Positions 48,791 through 60,334 of a DNA stretch of 64,000 nucleotides are shown here, piece after piece; position 1 is the stretch's first letter, and each line of letters opens with the position of its first letter. A program made the position numbers and the translations under genes. The notes below the pieces were generated by a model, which had not been told where the DNA came from, did not search any database, and saw only the letters and a program-made list of their open reading frames with translations. The stretch lies in contig JAJYOK010000011.1 in NCBI GenBank assembly GCA_021796215.1, positions 4,747-68,746 on the forward strand. The letters are read 5' to 3'. Origin of the DNA: Bacteroidota bacterium. GTDB taxonomy: Bacteria > Bacteroidota > Ignavibacteria > UBA10030 > UBA8401.

Positions 48791-49924
48791 CTATCTGTAC
48801 CATTCCTTTTTCGGATTGAACGTCGTCCTCAGTTTTTGTTTTGCTGCATGGCGTTCAAGTGCAAGCTCAATCAAACGATCAAGCAAATCAGAATATTTCA
48901 ATCCTGATGCTTCCCACAGCTTCGGATACATGCTGATCGAAGTGAATCCCGGAATTGTATTAATCTCATTGAGAAATATTTTTTCTCCGTTACGCTGTAC
49001 TAAAAAATCAACGCGCGCCATTCCTGCACAGTCGAGAATCCGGAACGCGTCCACTGCAATCTGCTGAATTTTTTTCGTCACTGCTTTCGAAAATTTCGCC
49101 GGAATACTTGCTGTTGATTTCCCGTCAACATATTTTGCATCGTAATCATAAAATTCATTTGAAGAAATAATTTCTCCGGGCACTGATGCGGCAGGATTGT
49201 CATTCCCCAGAACGCCGCACTCAATTTCCCGCGCTTTTTCAATTGATTTTTCAACCAATATCTTGCGATCGTACTGCGAAGCGAGCCGAATCGCAGCGGA
49301 CAATTCTTTTCTGTTATGCGCCTTGCTGATGCCGACACTTGAACCGGTATTTGCCGGCTTCACAAAACATGGATAGCGAAGTTGTTTTTCGATGGAACCG
49401 ATGATGCGTTTTCCATCTGATTCAAATTCTGATATCAAGAAAAAGATATAGGGTGCAATACGCACGCCAGCGTTGTCAAGTAATTGCTTTTGAACAACTT
49501 TATCCATTCCAACTGCTGAACCGAGCACGCCTGCCCCGACATACGCAACGTCGGCAAGCTCAAGCAATCCTTGAATCGTTCCATCCTCGCCGTACGTTCC
49601 GTGCAATACGGGAAAAAGGACATCAATCGGCTGCACTTCATTCGGTGATGAAGAATTTTGCATCCCGACCAATCCTTTGCGGCGCGGGTCAGGCACGATA
49701 AGGTGTTCTGGAAGATTTTCTACTCCGGATTTTTCTTTGAGCAGCGCAAGCGCGTTGGCAGAACTCAGCCATTGCCCTTCCGATGTAATGCCGATGGGGA
49801 TGACGTCATATTTATTTTTGTCCAGCGCGTTGATGATGGAAGCGGCGGACACGAGCGATACTTCATGCTCAGCGGAACGTCCTCCGAACAAAACTCCGAT
49901 TCTAATTTTGCGATCCGCCGTCAT
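48791..49924 (-). CDS. ddl: D-alanine--D-alanine ligase
   Basis: [18 protein letters not shown]-grasp motifs. EINTIPGFT. Confidence 0.92.
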   Translation of the reverse strand: MTADRKIRIGVLFGGRSAEHEVSLVSAASIINALDKNKYDVIPIGITSEGQWLSSANALALLKEKSGVENLPEHLIVPDPRRKGLVGMQNSSSPNEVQPIDVLFPVLHGTYGEDGTIQGLLELADVAYVGAGVLGSAVGMDKVVQKQLLDNAGVRIAPYIFFLISEFESDGKRIIGSIEKQLRYPCFVKPANTGSSVGISKAHNRKELSAAIRLASQYDRKILVEKSIEKAREIECGVLGNDNPAASVPGEIISSNEFYDYDAKYVDGKSTASIPAKFSKAVTKKIQQIAVDAFRILDCAGMARVDFLVQRNGEKIFLNEINTIPGFTSISMYPKLWEASGLKYSDLLDRLIELALERHAAKQKLRTTFNPKKEWYR

Positions 49925-50700
49925 TGCTTCATTTCCTCTGCCTTTTGATTCAACCTTCGATTGACTTCGCTAACAATGAGTTTATACTCTTCTTCGCTCA
50001 ATTCAACCTCGGGTTTTGCTGCACCGGTGTCGCAGGCAATCTTGCCGGAAAAATCTTTGCCATAACTTTCTACAGAAATATTTCGAAGCAGCCGAACCTG
50101 TTCTGCACTCAACGGTTTTTCCCCGCCTAACATTCGTGCGACGAACACAATGTGTGCCGCGTGTTCCACTTTCTCCATCTTAAAATACGCATCCCATAAA
50201 TCTTTCCCGTACGTTACGGCGCCATGATTCGCCAGCAGAATTGCATCAGCGTTCTTCACAAATGGCGCAATGGAATCGCTGACTTCCGCCGTTGACGGAG
50301 TTGCGTACGGCGCCAGCGGAATTGCGCCGAGATTCACAATCACTTCAGGAAAAAGACATTCGTCCAATGGAATTCGTGCCGTCGCAAAGCCGGTTGCGTA
50401 CGGCGGATGGCAATGCACCACAGCGTTGACATCGGAACGGTTTCTATAGATGAACAAGTGCATATCCATTTCCGACGATGGTTGACGAGTGCCTGAACGT
50501 TGGAAGCCATCAACATTCACCTCAACCAAATCATCCACCGTCACAAATCCTTTGTTCATCGAAGTCGGCGTCGCGAGAATATTTCCGTTCGGAAGCCGTG
50601 CACTGACATTTCCATCTGTTGCCGTGACAAATCCTTTCTCAGCAATGCGATGGCAGATTTCAACAAGAATTTCTGAAACTCCGGAAGAATGCAATGACAT
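49921..50700 (-). CDS. class II aldolase/adducin family protein (L-fuculose-/ribulose-phosphate aldolase-like)
   Basis: GNVSAR, HCHPPYA metal-binding motifs. ATGA overlap with ddl. About 50-aa acidic C-terminal extension. Confidence 0.82.
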   Translation of the reverse strand: MSLHSSGVSEILVEICHRIAEKGFVTATDGNVSARLPNGNILATPTSMNKGFVTVDDLVEVNVDGFQRSGTRQPSSEMDMHLFIYRNRSDVNAVVHCHPPYATGFATARIPLDECLFPEVIVNLGAIPLAPYATPSTAEVSDSIAPFVKNADAILLANHGAVTYGKDLWDAYFKMEKVEHAAHIVFVARMLGGEKPLSAEQVRLLRNISVESYGKDFSGKIACDTGAAKPEVELSEEEYKLIVSEVNRRLNQKAEEMKQ

Positions 50701-50809
50701 TTGAGATTATGTGTACAGAGATGAAAAACGCGTTCTTAAATTACCTGCATAATAAAGAATGTGCGCCTTTTATTCAACACGAGGGCACGAGCATGAACAG
50801 CAAAAACTT

Positions 50810-51175
50810 TTACTCGGGAAATTCAGGCGGGGCATCGGATGGTTTCTTGTTTTGTTCACCAAGAATCCCTTTGTATGTCTTCTCGGTCAGAACAAGATCG
50901 TGTTCAAATTCTACCAATTGAATCAAATCGTACACCAGCGGCGCAAACATTTTTTCCTGAAGCAAGACCACGTCTTTATGTTTAGCGCATAACGTGATGC
51001 CGTTTTGATATACCGGCGGCTCTTCGTCGGTGCCGTTTTCTTCTGTGATGAACAAGACTTCAAGTTCCTCGTTCCTGCCACAGCCGGGCCACTGACATTT
51101 GGAATGATCCCGCTTGGCAATGTATGCCCGAAGAAGATCGTTCTGTTGGTTGTTTTCGTGTTCCGACGAATTCAA
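50810..51175 (-). CDS. YajD-like small HNH-fold protein with degenerate catalytic motif
   Basis: CQWPGCG...LEVLFI...NGITLCAKHKD aligns with YajD CGRC...LTVHHI...NWELLCLYCHDHEH. The His-His of HNH is replaced by Leu-Phe and the second CxxC by CAKH. Confidence 0.5.
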   Translation of the reverse strand: MNSSEHENNQQNDLLRAYIAKRDHSKCQWPGCGRNEELEVLFITEENGTDEEPPVYQNGITLCAKHKDVVLLQEKMFAPLVYDLIQLVEFEHDLVLTEKTYKGILGEQNKKPSDAPPEFPE

Positions 51176-51228
51176 GAGAAAGCCTTGTGCACTGTTTTTG
51201 CACTAATGTAAAACTTTTTACCACTATG

Positions 51229-51247
51229 TCAATTGTTAATTGACACA
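51229..51247. promoter_or_regulatory. perfect 8-bp inverted repeat operator candidate TGTCAATTgttAATTGACA
   Basis: About 55 nt upstream of the HNH-like ORF start, in a 116-nt intergenic region. Confidence 0.4.
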
Positions 51248-51291
51248 AAATGAAAAAAAATAATGATTCAAAATTAACGAATGTTTACAGG

Positions 51292-52509
51292 CTATTCATA
51301 CCGGAGAGCATCTATTGGATTGAGTATCGCCGCTTTGCGTGCAGGATAGAATCCGAAGAAAATGCCGACAGCCGCTGCAAAAAGGAATGCTAATCCCACA
51401 GAAACAGGCGAAACAAGAGTAGGCCAATTAGCCAATGCCGAGATAATATCTGAAGATGCAATGCCGATGAGAACACCAAGCGCACCGCCCGCCATGCTCA
51501 GCACGACCGCTTCAATAAGGAACTGATATAAAATATCTCTGCTCCGCGCACCAATTGACATGCGAATGCCAATCTCACGCGTTCGTTCTGTAACCGACAC
51601 GAGCATGATGTTCATAATTCCAATGCCGCCCACCAGAAGAGAAATGGATGCAATAGATGCGAGAAGAATTGTCAGCACTTGGGTTGTTGCCTGCGCGGTG
51701 TTGGCAATTTCTGTTTGACTGCGAACTGTGAAGTCGTTGTCTTCCCACGGCTGAATTTTGTGACGCACGCGCAGCAATTCCGTTATCTGATTCTGAGCAT
51801 CCACCATTGCTTGATCGCTCACAGCAGACACCATGATGATTCCCAAAAATGTCACACCCATGAGTTTTTTTTGCACGGTTGTGTATGGCGCAATAATAAT
51901 ATCATCCTGATCCGATCCCTGCGCGGATTGTCCTTTCGGTTCGAGAACGCCGACAACCTTGAACGGCATTTTTTTAATTCGAATTGTTGCTCCTACCGGA
52001 TTGCCACCTTGAAAAAGGTTATCAACCACAGTTTGTCCAAGCACGCATACTTTCGTAGCACCGCGGACATCGGCGTCGGTAAAATACTGTCCTAGAGAAA
52101 GCGGCCAGCTTCGGATCGTAAAGTATGACGGGTTTGCACCAAGGACCGATGTTCCCCAGTTCTGTTCACCAAACACAATCTGCGCACCGGTTCGCACTTG
52201 CGCTGTTGCTGCAGCAACGGATGGACATTGAGTTTGAATTGCCTCAAGGTCGCCGGGAGTCAGCGATGTGCGCGACCCTAATCCGATGCGAATACCGCCT
52301 TGATTAATTGAACCCGGGAAAACCAATAACACGTTCGTGCCGAGCGAAGCAATTTGCTGCTGAATGTTGTACTGTGCGCCTTCTCCGACCGCCATCATAG
52401 CAATCACCGCGCCAACGCCGATAATAATTCCTAACATTGTTAAAAACGAACGCAGTTTGTTTCTCCCCAACGAACGCATGGCAACTTTTAAAATATTGAG
52501 AACATTCAT
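51292..52509 (-). CDS. ABC transporter permease (FtsX/MacB-type, 4 TM with large periplasmic loop)
   Basis: 405 aa. N-terminal TM, large extracytoplasmic domain, C-terminal FtsX-like 3-TM bundle. Confidence 0.88.
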   Translation of the reverse strand: MNVLNILKVAMRSLGRNKLRSFLTMLGIIIGVGAVIAMMAVGEGAQYNIQQQIASLGTNVLLVFPGSINQGGIRIGLGSRTSLTPGDLEAIQTQCPSVAAATAQVRTGAQIVFGEQNWGTSVLGANPSYFTIRSWPLSLGQYFTDADVRGATKVCVLGQTVVDNLFQGGNPVGATIRIKKMPFKVVGVLEPKGQSAQGSDQDDIIIAPYTTVQKKLMGVTFLGIIMVSAVSDQAMVDAQNQITELLRVRHKIQPWEDNDFTVRSQTEIANTAQATTQVLTILLASIASISLLVGGIGIMNIMLVSVTERTREIGIRMSIGARSRDILYQFLIEAVVLSMAGGALGVLIGIASSDIISALANWPTLVSPVSVGLAFLFAAAVGIFFGFYPARKAAILNPIDALRYE

Positions 52510-53321
52510 CGCATTCTTTCCTTTTGCTCTTTCGCTTCCGGCGTCATGTTCAATTCGATAACTTCTTCGTCCTCATCCGCAAATGCCGGCATTGTTGCCA
52601 ATTGTTCGCTCGCAGTGCGCCGCTTCTCAACAGCGAAATCACGTTTGATCCTTCCATCTTTAAAAACGACATTCCGCTTTGCATATTGTGCGATATCGGC
52701 TTCGTGTGTTACAAGAACAATGGTAATTCCTTGATGATTAAGCTGCTGAAATATTTCCATCACCTCAACGCTTGTGCGGCTGTCAAGATTGCCGGTCGGT
52801 TCGTCGGCAAGAATAATCGAAGGATTGTTTACCAATGCACGCGCTACAGCAACGCGCTGTTGCTGTCCGCCAGATAATTGATTAGGCATGTGATTCCAGC
52901 GCTCTTCCAGCCCGACTACTCGTAACGCTTCCATCGCTTTCTCGCGGCGCGCTTTACTCGACACATTATTGTAAAACATCGGAAGCTCAACATTTTCCAG
53001 CGCAGACGTTCTCGGAAGAAGATTAAATCCCTGAAAGACGAATCCGATTTTTTCATTACGAATTTTCGCCAGCGCGTCGCGATCCAACCTGCTCACATCA
53101 ATGTCGTCGAGAATATATTCGCCTTTTGTCGGAACATCCAAGCAGCCGATGATATTCATGAAGGTAGATTTCCCTGAACCTGACGCCCCCATAATTGCAA
53201 CAAACTCTCCGCGAAATATTTCAAGAGATACACCGCGCAGGGCGTGAACTTCGACATCTCCCATTTGGTACACTTTGATGAGATGCTGAACGGAGATTAA
53301 ATTGCTCATTTGCTCTGACAT
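52506..53321 (-). CDS. ABC transporter ATP-binding protein (MacB/LolD-like)
   Basis: [39 protein letters not shown] overlap with the permease. About 45-aa acidic C-terminal tail. Confidence 0.92.
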   Translation of the reverse strand: MSEQMSNLISVQHLIKVYQMGDVEVHALRGVSLEIFRGEFVAIMGASGSGKSTFMNIIGCLDVPTKGEYILDDIDVSRLDRDALAKIRNEKIGFVFQGFNLLPRTSALENVELPMFYNNVSSKARREKAMEALRVVGLEERWNHMPNQLSGGQQQRVAVARALVNNPSIILADEPTGNLDSRTSVEVMEIFQQLNHQGITIVLVTHEADIAQYAKRNVVFKDGRIKRDFAVEKRRTASEQLATMPAFADEDEEVIELNMTPEAKEQKERMR

Positions 53322-53323
53322 TG

Positions 53324-54589
53324 TTAAAACCTCATCCTCATGCCGCCGCGTCCCCCAAAAGAATTTGCTTGTGCAGCCGCCGATGATGAAAGCTGTCCGA
53401 TAACAATCTGTTCGCCTTCTTGAATTTTTCCTTGCGTAATTTCAGTGTACGTGCCGTCGCTCAAACCTGTTCTGACAAATACAGATTGTAGTTTTTTGTC
53501 TTTCCCTAGCACCCACACTCGCCCGAAGTTTCGTGCCTGCATTGCACGCTGCATTCCTTCCATACCGCCTCCCCCGCCGCCTTCCTGCATTCGCTGCATA
53601 AATGCTCTGCGCCGTGCTGCTCTCGCAGAATCTTGAGAATTACCGGCGCTGTCTTTTCGTTGTTCAATCTGGTCGGGCAACGGTTGGTACCGCAAAGCGA
53701 TTGTCGGGACTTTCAGAACGCTTTCCTTTTTTGAAACAAGAATGGTTACTGTTGCAGTCATCCCGGGGAGAAGTTTCATGTCCTTGTTTGGGACATCAAT
53801 CATGACGGTATAGTTCACAACATTCTGAACAGTTTGCGGCAACAAACGAATTTGTTTCACGACACCGTGAAATGTTTGATCGGGATATGCATCAACTGTA
53901 AAGGTGACTTCTTGCCCAACCTGCACATTTCCTATATCAGCTTCATCCACATTTGCCTGCACTTGCATCTTTGTCAAATCGTTGGCGATGGTGAACAACG
54001 TCGGCGCTGACAAACTTGCTGCCACGGTTTGCCCGACATCAACGGCGCGGGAAATGACAACGCCGTCAATCGGTGCGCGAATAGTTGCATACGCCAAATT
54101 GATCCGCGCCCGCTCTAATCCGACCTGTGACGATTTCACCTGCGCCTGGTCCGATTCCTGTGCGGAGAGTGCCGCATCATAATCCTGCTGCGACGCCAAG
54201 CCTTTATCAAAAAGAATTTTCGTGCGCTCAAAAACCCGTTTGGAATTGTTTGCCTGCGCTTGCGCCCGCTGAAGTGTAGCCTCGGCATCATGAACATTTG
54301 CCTGCAACACTGTCGGATCAATTTGCGCGATCACTTCCCCTTTCTTTACTTTACTGTTGAAGTCAGCATTGATTTTTGAAAGTATCCCTGAGACTTGCGT
54401 GCCGACTTGCACTGTTGTGTCTGCGCTCAATGTTCCCGTCGCCGTAACAGTTACTTGAATGTCGCCGCGCTGGACTTTTTCAAATCGGTATGTTACTTCT
54501 GAGGAGGAAGAAGAAGAAAAATACCAAAACGAAAACGCCGCTAACACAACGATAATTATTGCGGGAATAACAATTTTTTTCTTTCGCAT
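53324..54589 (-). CDS. efflux transporter periplasmic adaptor subunit (MacA/HlyD family)
   Basis: N-terminal TM anchor, coiled-coil hairpin, lipoyl and beta-barrel domains. Gly-rich C-terminal region. Confidence 0.85.
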   Translation of the reverse strand: MRKKKIVIPAIIIVVLAAFSFWYFSSSSSSEVTYRFEKVQRGDIQVTVTATGTLSADTTVQVGTQVSGILSKINADFNSKVKKGEVIAQIDPTVLQANVHDAEATLQRAQAQANNSKRVFERTKILFDKGLASQQDYDAALSAQESDQAQVKSSQVGLERARINLAYATIRAPIDGVVISRAVDVGQTVAASLSAPTLFTIANDLTKMQVQANVDEADIGNVQVGQEVTFTVDAYPDQTFHGVVKQIRLLPQTVQNVVNYTVMIDVPNKDMKLLPGMTATVTILVSKKESVLKVPTIALRYQPLPDQIEQRKDSAGNSQDSARAARRRAFMQRMQEGGGGGGMEGMQRAMQARNFGRVWVLGKDKKLQSVFVRTGLSDGTYTEITQGKIQEGEQIVIGQLSSSAAAQANSFGGRGGMRMRF

Positions 54590-54729
54590 TGCGTTATCCT
54601 TTTTTGTTCCATTTAGCTACCTGTTTAGACAACGAATGGTCTTTGAAGTTTAGCCGGGTTCTGCACAAAAAAAATCTCCGGTGAGAGAAGCAAATCTACA
54701 CCGGAGATGCACATAGACCGTACTTATCG

Positions 54730-56994
54730 TTACGCGTTGTCTGTTTTTTCCATCTGCGCAGCAAACACTGCCATCGCTGTAATGTTCACAATGTCGTTGG
54801 CGTCGTTGCTCGGTACAAGCAAATACACAGGCTTACGGATTCCAAGCAGAATCGGTCCGATAGCCGTTGCACCCGCAAGCTTCGATAACAATTTGTAGGC
54901 AATATTGGCAGAAGTCAGATCGGGACAAATGAGAATGTTGGCGGCTTCTTTCAACGTGCTGAACGGATACAATTGATTCAGAATGTCCGGACTAAGCGCA
55001 GTATCCGCCATCATTTCTCCGTCAATAATCAATTCCGGTGCCCGCTGTCTGACAATTTCCAGCGCGCGGCGCACCTTATCAACAAACGGATGCCCTGTGC
55101 TTCCGAAGTTGCTGAACGACAGCATTGCAACACGCGGAACAATATCAAGCCGCTTCACGCGCTGTGCAGTGAGCAATGTAATTTCGGCGAGGTCTTCCGC
55201 CGTCGGGTCAATGTTCACCGTTGCATCGGCAATGAAAATGGTTTGATTCTTAAACACCATCATATACAATCCGGCAATTTTGTTGACGCCGTCTTTCGTA
55301 CCGATAATTTGCAGCGCTGGTTTCACGGTTTCCGGATAATTTTGCACGAGTCCGGAAATCAATCCATCGGCATCGCCGTTGCGCACCATCATCATTCCGA
55401 AAATATTGTGCGCTTTCATGTGACGCTCAGCCATAGAGTACGTCATCCCTTTCCGCTTACGAAGCTCATGATACGCAGCAATATATTCCTGAAACTTCGG
55501 CGATTTTGACGGATGAATGACTTCAACGCCTTCGAGAGCCAAACCGAGCTCAGCAATTTTCTGATGGATTCTTGTCCGGCTTCCCAACAAAATTGGCCTC
55601 GCAATTTTTTCTTCCACAATAATATTAGCAGCGCGAAGAATTTTTTCTTCTTCACCTTCGGGAAATACAATGCGCTTCGGATCGCGCTGCGCTTTGTGAA
55701 TGTAGAATCGCATGATCTCGCGCGTTTTGCCAAGCCGGGCTTCGAGCGAATCTTTGTACGCTTCAAAATCTGTAATTGGAGTTCGCGCGACGCCGGTTTC
55801 CACCGCCGCTTTCGCAACAGCCGTTGCGACCCACATCAACACACGCGGGTCGAACGGTTTCGGAATAATATAATCGCGTCCAAATTCGAGACGCTTCACA
55901 TCATACGCACGCATCACGGAATCCGGCACATCTTCTTTTGCCAGCGCCGCCAGCGCTTTCGACGCGGCAATTTTCATTTCATCGTTGATTGCCGTTGCCC
56001 GCACATCAAGTGCGCCGCGAAAGATGAACGGAAATCCGAGCACATTGTTCACTTGATTCGGATAATCGGAGCGGCCTGTTGCCATGATGATATCGCGGCG
56101 AACGCTCGTGGCATCTTCGTACGTAATTTCAGGATCTGGATTTGCCATCGCGAACACGACGGGGTTATCCGCCATTGATTTCACCATTTCTTTGGTGATG
56201 ATTCCTTTCACGGACACACCGCAGAAAACATCGGCGCCTTTCAGCGCATCGGCAAGCGAGCGCGCTTTCGTCTCCACTGCAAAATATTCTTTGTATTCAT
56301 TCATTCCTTCTTTTCGTCCTTTATAGATCACACCTTTGGTATCAACGAAAAGAATATTTTCATGACGGATGCCGAGTTTTTCATATAATCGGGCGCATCC
56401 CATTCCTGCCGCACCGGCGCCGGCAAAAACAACTTTAGCGTCGCTGAGTTTCTTGTTCACTACTTCTAACGCGTTGATCAGTGCAGCGCCGCTGATAATT
56501 GCTGTGCCGTGCTGGTCATCATGAAACACCGGAATGTTCATCATTTTTTTCAATGTTTCTTCAATGTAAAAACATTCCGGTGCTTTAATGTCTTCAAGAT
56601 TAATTCCGCCGAATGTCGGCTCAAGCAATTTTACCGCTTTAACGATATCGTCCGGATTTTTTGTATCCAATTCGATATCAAAGACGTCAATGTCCGCAAA
56701 GCGCTTGAAGAGAATTCCTTTCCCTTCCATCACTGGCTTTCCTGCCAACGCGCCGATATTGCCGAGGCCGAGTACCGCACTTCCGTTTGAAACAACTGCG
56801 ACGAGATTTCCTTTCGCAGTGTAAAGATAAGCGTCGTCCGGATTGGCGGCGATATCGAGGCACGGCTCTGCAACGCCCGGCGTGTATGCGAGCGACAAAT
56901 CGCGCTGAGTCTGACACGGTTTCGTCGGCGTGACTTCAATTTTTCCCCTTCGCCCCTGCGAATGATAATCTAATGCATCTTGTTTTCGTATCAT
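54730..56994 (-). CDS. maeB: NADP-dependent malic enzyme (malic enzyme domain + phosphotransacetylase-like domain)
   Basis: 754 aa. [22 protein letters not shown] motifs. C-terminal PTA-like domain. Confidence 0.92.
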   Translation of the reverse strand: MIRKQDALDYHSQGRRGKIEVTPTKPCQTQRDLSLAYTPGVAEPCLDIAANPDDAYLYTAKGNLVAVVSNGSAVLGLGNIGALAGKPVMEGKGILFKRFADIDVFDIELDTKNPDDIVKAVKLLEPTFGGINLEDIKAPECFYIEETLKKMMNIPVFHDDQHGTAIISGAALINALEVVNKKLSDAKVVFAGAGAAGMGCARLYEKLGIRHENILFVDTKGVIYKGRKEGMNEYKEYFAVETKARSLADALKGADVFCGVSVKGIITKEMVKSMADNPVVFAMANPDPEITYEDATSVRRDIIMATGRSDYPNQVNNVLGFPFIFRGALDVRATAINDEMKIAASKALAALAKEDVPDSVMRAYDVKRLEFGRDYIIPKPFDPRVLMWVATAVAKAAVETGVARTPITDFEAYKDSLEARLGKTREIMRFYIHKAQRDPKRIVFPEGEEEKILRAANIIVEEKIARPILLGSRTRIHQKIAELGLALEGVEVIHPSKSPKFQEYIAAYHELRKRKGMTYSMAERHMKAHNIFGMMMVRNGDADGLISGLVQNYPETVKPALQIIGTKDGVNKIAGLYMMVFKNQTIFIADATVNIDPTAEDLAEITLLTAQRVKRLDIVPRVAMLSFSNFGSTGHPFVDKVRRALEIVRQRAPELIIDGEMMADTALSPDILNQLYPFSTLKEAANILICPDLTSANIAYKLLSKLAGATAIGPILLGIRKPVYLLVPSNDANDIVNITAMAVFAAQMEKTDNA

Positions 56995-57164
56995 GGTTAG
57001 TTTCCTTTCAATTTCAAGCGCCTGCTGTTTCTATAGAAAGCATTTCGCAAGCGAGTAGAGTAGGATGTGTTTGGGTTGAAAAAAAAATCGGTGCGGACAA
57101 TTATTAGTTTTGTTACATGAAGATGAACTCCATCCCGAAAAGTGGAACCCATCTCTAATGCCAG

Positions 57165-57797
57165 TTAGTTGAACCTCACTTTCATTGTGAAACGAATTTC
57201 GCTCGGATTGCTCGCGACAGGAGCAACTTCGAAATTGTACAAGCTTGCATCAACATACGCATCAAGAATGTTGATCAGGTATGTGATGGCAATATACCAG
57301 CCGAACGTGTCGCGTTGATTCTTGTAGAAATCACGGACTTCCTTGTAATGCGAAACATCTTGATCAAATGTGCCTTTTGGCTGTTGACTGTACGCTGCAC
57401 TGTCAAGATATGCTTCGTACAACTGACGGTTTTGTTTGTAAAGATCATTTTGATTTAAGTAAACCGATACAAGATAATATCCTAATCCCCAGATGAGCGG
57501 AGCTTTCCAGTACGAACCGTTATAAATCTGTCCGGCACCCGGAATAATTGCGGACGCAACCCACGCAACCGTTGTTGATTTTCCCGGGCGCTGTATTGTA
57601 TCCGGCGTCGCTGTCATTTTTTCCATAATCGAATCAGCGTTAACTCTCACTGAAGAATCGGGAAGCTCCGTCACAAAGGAATTTCCAACAATACGAAGCG
57701 GTGTAAAAATCGGCTGTGAGAATTTTAGAATAGTTTGTCCCTCCACAATCTGCGTGAAAAAAAAGCAGCCGATGATATACATCAGGAAAAGTTTCAC
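57165..57797 (-). CDS. DUF5683-like membrane protein (paralog of 16110-16886 C-terminal module)
   Basis: Signal peptide. IIPGAGQIYNGSYWKAPLIWG...ILDAYVDASL. Two TM helices. Confidence 0.5.
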   Translation of the reverse strand: MKLFLMYIIGCFFFTQIVEGQTILKFSQPIFTPLRIVGNSFVTELPDSSVRVNADSIMEKMTATPDTIQRPGKSTTVAWVASAIIPGAGQIYNGSYWKAPLIWGLGYYLVSVYLNQNDLYKQNRQLYEAYLDSAAYSQQPKGTFDQDVSHYKEVRDFYKNQRDTFGWYIAITYLINILDAYVDASLYNFEVAPVASNPSEIRFTMKVRFN

Positions 57798-57825
57798 AAA
57801 CTCCAGAATCCATCAAGAAAATAAA

Positions 57826-58215
57826 TCACACCACAAGAGCAACAGCTTCAATTTCGACCAATACATCTTTCGGAAGCCGGGAAACTTCTACCGTGCTTCG
57901 TGCAGGAGATGCTTCGTCGAAATAGCGTGCGTATACTTCATTCATAGCGGGAAAGTCGCCCATGTTTTTTAAGAACACTGTTGTCTTTACAACATGCGCA
58001 AAGTCAGTGTGGCTGGCATAAAGAATCGCCTTCAGATTTTCGCACACTTGCGTTGTCTGTTCAGCGATTGTTGTACCGACAATATTTCCCGAAACGGGAT
58101 CGGCAGAGATTTGTCCCGCGGTGAAGACAAGCTGTCCCTGCACAGCTATTGCTTGATTATAGGGACCAATTGGCGCAGGCGCCTTTTCAGTTTTAATAAC
58201 CGTTTTCATTGTCAT
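57826..58215 (-). CDS. ridA: RidA family protein (YjgF/endoribonuclease L-PSP)
   Basis: 129 aa, [11 protein letters not shown]-like N-terminus, chorismate-mutase-like fold signature. Confidence 0.88.
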   Translation of the reverse strand: MTMKTVIKTEKAPAPIGPYNQAIAVQGQLVFTAGQISADPVSGNIVGTTIAEQTTQVCENLKAILYASHTDFAHVVKTTVFLKNMGDFPAMNEVYARYFDEASPARSTVEVSRLPKDVLVEIEAVALVV

Positions 58216-58240
58216 GAAAATTTATAAAGTGTGAAATGGT

Positions 58241-59152
58241 TCACCGCTCTAACAACTCAATGAGCCGTTCAAGGTCATCAGCATTGTAATACTCGATCAC
58301 AATCTCACCGCTGCCGCCTGACTTGTGGTGTACGGTGACTTTCGTACCGAGCGAATGGCGCAGCCGCGATTCGATTGTTTGAAGTTCGCTTTCAGCGCGG
58401 GAAGAAGAAAATGATACAGCTTTCTTTTTCGGTGCCTCGACAAAAGTTTTAACAAATTCTTCCACCTTACGCACCGACAATCCGTTTTTCACGATCTTTT
58501 CGAACACGCGAACCTGCGTTTTCTCATCCGGCAGAGTAATCAACGCCCGCGCGTGACCCATTGTGATGGCATCTTTCCGAAGTGCAAGCTGAATTTTATC
58601 CGGCAGTTTTAAAAGCCGGAGAAAGTTTGTTACCGTCGAACGGTCTTTACCGATTTTCTGCCCGACTTCTTCCTGCGTCAAACTGCATTCTTCAATGAGG
58701 CGTTTGTACGACTGTGCCACTTCTATGGGATTCAAATGCTCGCGCTGAAGATTTTCGATCAGCGCAAGCTCAAGCATCTCAGCATCAGATTCAACGCGGA
58801 TGATATAGGCAGGAATAGTTTTCAGCCCGGCTTCCTGCGATGCGCGAACGCGGCGTTCGCCGGAAATCAGTTCATACTTTTGATCAAGCGTCCGCCGAAC
58901 TGTGATCGGTTGAATCACACCCTTTTCAACAATTGATCGCTTCAACTCCTCTAATGTTTGCGGATCAAAATCGGTGCGGGGTTGAAACGGGTTGGGGCGG
59001 ATTTTCGAAACATCAATTGCGGCAATGGCATTATCTTCACCCGAATCCTGTGGAAGCGAGGTGGGTGCAACAGCTTCCTCGGTATTCATTCGAGGGATCA
59101 GCGCACTGAGGCCTTTTCCCAAAACAGATTTTGAACGAGGCGAATCTGCCAT
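58241..59152 (-). CDS. parB: ParB/Spo0J chromosome partitioning protein
   Basis: LISGERRVRA ParB box. HTH region. C-terminal dimerisation domain. Confidence 0.92.
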   Translation of the reverse strand: MADSPRSKSVLGKGLSALIPRMNTEEAVAPTSLPQDSGEDNAIAAIDVSKIRPNPFQPRTDFDPQTLEELKRSIVEKGVIQPITVRRTLDQKYELISGERRVRASQEAGLKTIPAYIIRVESDAEMLELALIENLQREHLNPIEVAQSYKRLIEECSLTQEEVGQKIGKDRSTVTNFLRLLKLPDKIQLALRKDAITMGHARALITLPDEKTQVRVFEKIVKNGLSVRKVEEFVKTFVEAPKKKAVSFSSSRAESELQTIESRLRHSLGTKVTVHHKSGGSGEIVIEYYNADDLERLIELLER

Positions 59153-60021
59153 TATGCGATCTTTCCGGATTCTGACGGTAGCGTGGGCGTTGACGGTGGA
59201 ATCGGTTGAGGTGCGTTCGGCGATGATGTATGGCGAGTCGTTGGCTCAGACGAACTTTGTTTATTCCGCTGCAGCACTTCCCGCGCCAGTTCCATGTAAT
59301 TACGCGTTCCGGAAGAAAGTGCGTCGTACAATAAAATCGGCTTGCCAAAACTCGGAGCTTCACTTAAGCGAACATTCCTCGCGATGATCGTCGAAAATAC
59401 TTTTTCCTGAAAATATTTTTTCACTTCTTCCACAATTTGATTTGAAAGCCGCAGGCGGGAATCATACATCGTCATAAGCACGCCCTCAATATCCAACTGT
59501 GGATTGAGATTTTTTTTCACGATGTTAATTGTATTCAACAGCTTTCCGAGTCCTTCCAACGCATAGTATTCACATTGCACAGGAATCAAAACGGAATCGG
59601 CGGCAGTTAACGCATTCAGTGTCAGCAAACCGAGCGACGGCGGGCAGTCAATAATAATATACTCGAATGAAGAACGAAGCGGGGAAAGCGCGGTGCGCAT
59701 GTGCTGCTCCCGGTCAGGCTCATTCACCATTTCTATTTCCGCGCCAACAAGATTGATGTGTGACGGAATCAGCGACAAGAACGGCATCGAAGACGTAAGC
59801 ACCGTTTCCGTCGCGCTGATGCTTCCAATTAAAACTTCATACGTTGTTTTATGCTGAGATTTGCTGTCAAAACCCAAGCCGCTTGTCGCATTTGCCTGCG
59901 GATCAGTATCTACAAGCAGTGTAGAATGCTCGGCAGCAGCTATTGAAGCGGCAAGGTTCACCGCCGTTGTGGTTTTACCCACACCTCCCTTTTGATTCGC
60001 TATGGCAATGATTTTTCCCAT
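59152..60021 (-). CDS. parA: ParA/Soj chromosome partitioning ATPase
   Basis: KGGVGKTT deviant Walker A. About 35-aa Pro/Ser/Thr-rich C-terminal tail. 1-nt overlap with parB. Confidence 0.93.
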   Translation of the reverse strand: MGKIIAIANQKGGVGKTTTAVNLAASIAAAEHSTLLVDTDPQANATSGLGFDSKSQHKTTYEVLIGSISATETVLTSSMPFLSLIPSHINLVGAEIEMVNEPDREQHMRTALSPLRSSFEYIIIDCPPSLGLLTLNALTAADSVLIPVQCEYYALEGLGKLLNTINIVKKNLNPQLDIEGVLMTMYDSRLRLSNQIVEEVKKYFQEKVFSTIIARNVRLSEAPSFGKPILLYDALSSGTRNYMELAREVLQRNKQSSSEPTTRHTSSPNAPQPIPPSTPTLPSESGKIA

Positions 60022-60334
60022 TAAAACTCAACCATTCCTACAGCACACATAAGCGTAAATACATAAAGCATAACATTAATTTCAACATGACGCACTTGAA
60101 TATACTTTTTTTTAGGAAGGGATGCAACGAAATCCCAGCGGCTGATTCTGATGATTTTTTAATCAAAGAAACTTAGACAACGGTACATTGTGTTTTTCTC
60201 CGTGTATAAAGCGTTCTTGCAACTCGTTGGCGCAAATGACGGTTTCATTGCTTTTCAGCGGAACATTTGTAAATTAAAATCAGTCTAAAAGGTCGCAGTC
60301 ACATATCATTTCAGATATTATCCCTGGAGGAAGA

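Noticed and set aside
54730-56994. Multiple 60-220 aa ORFs antisense or out of frame within maeB, bamA, lptD and other long genes
   Set aside because: Typical shadow ORFs inside strongly supported long CDS. No independent motif support.
60022-60334. Possible oriC next to parAB
   Set aside because: No DnaA-box clusters or AT-rich DUE pattern visible. Only a partial TTATCCC.
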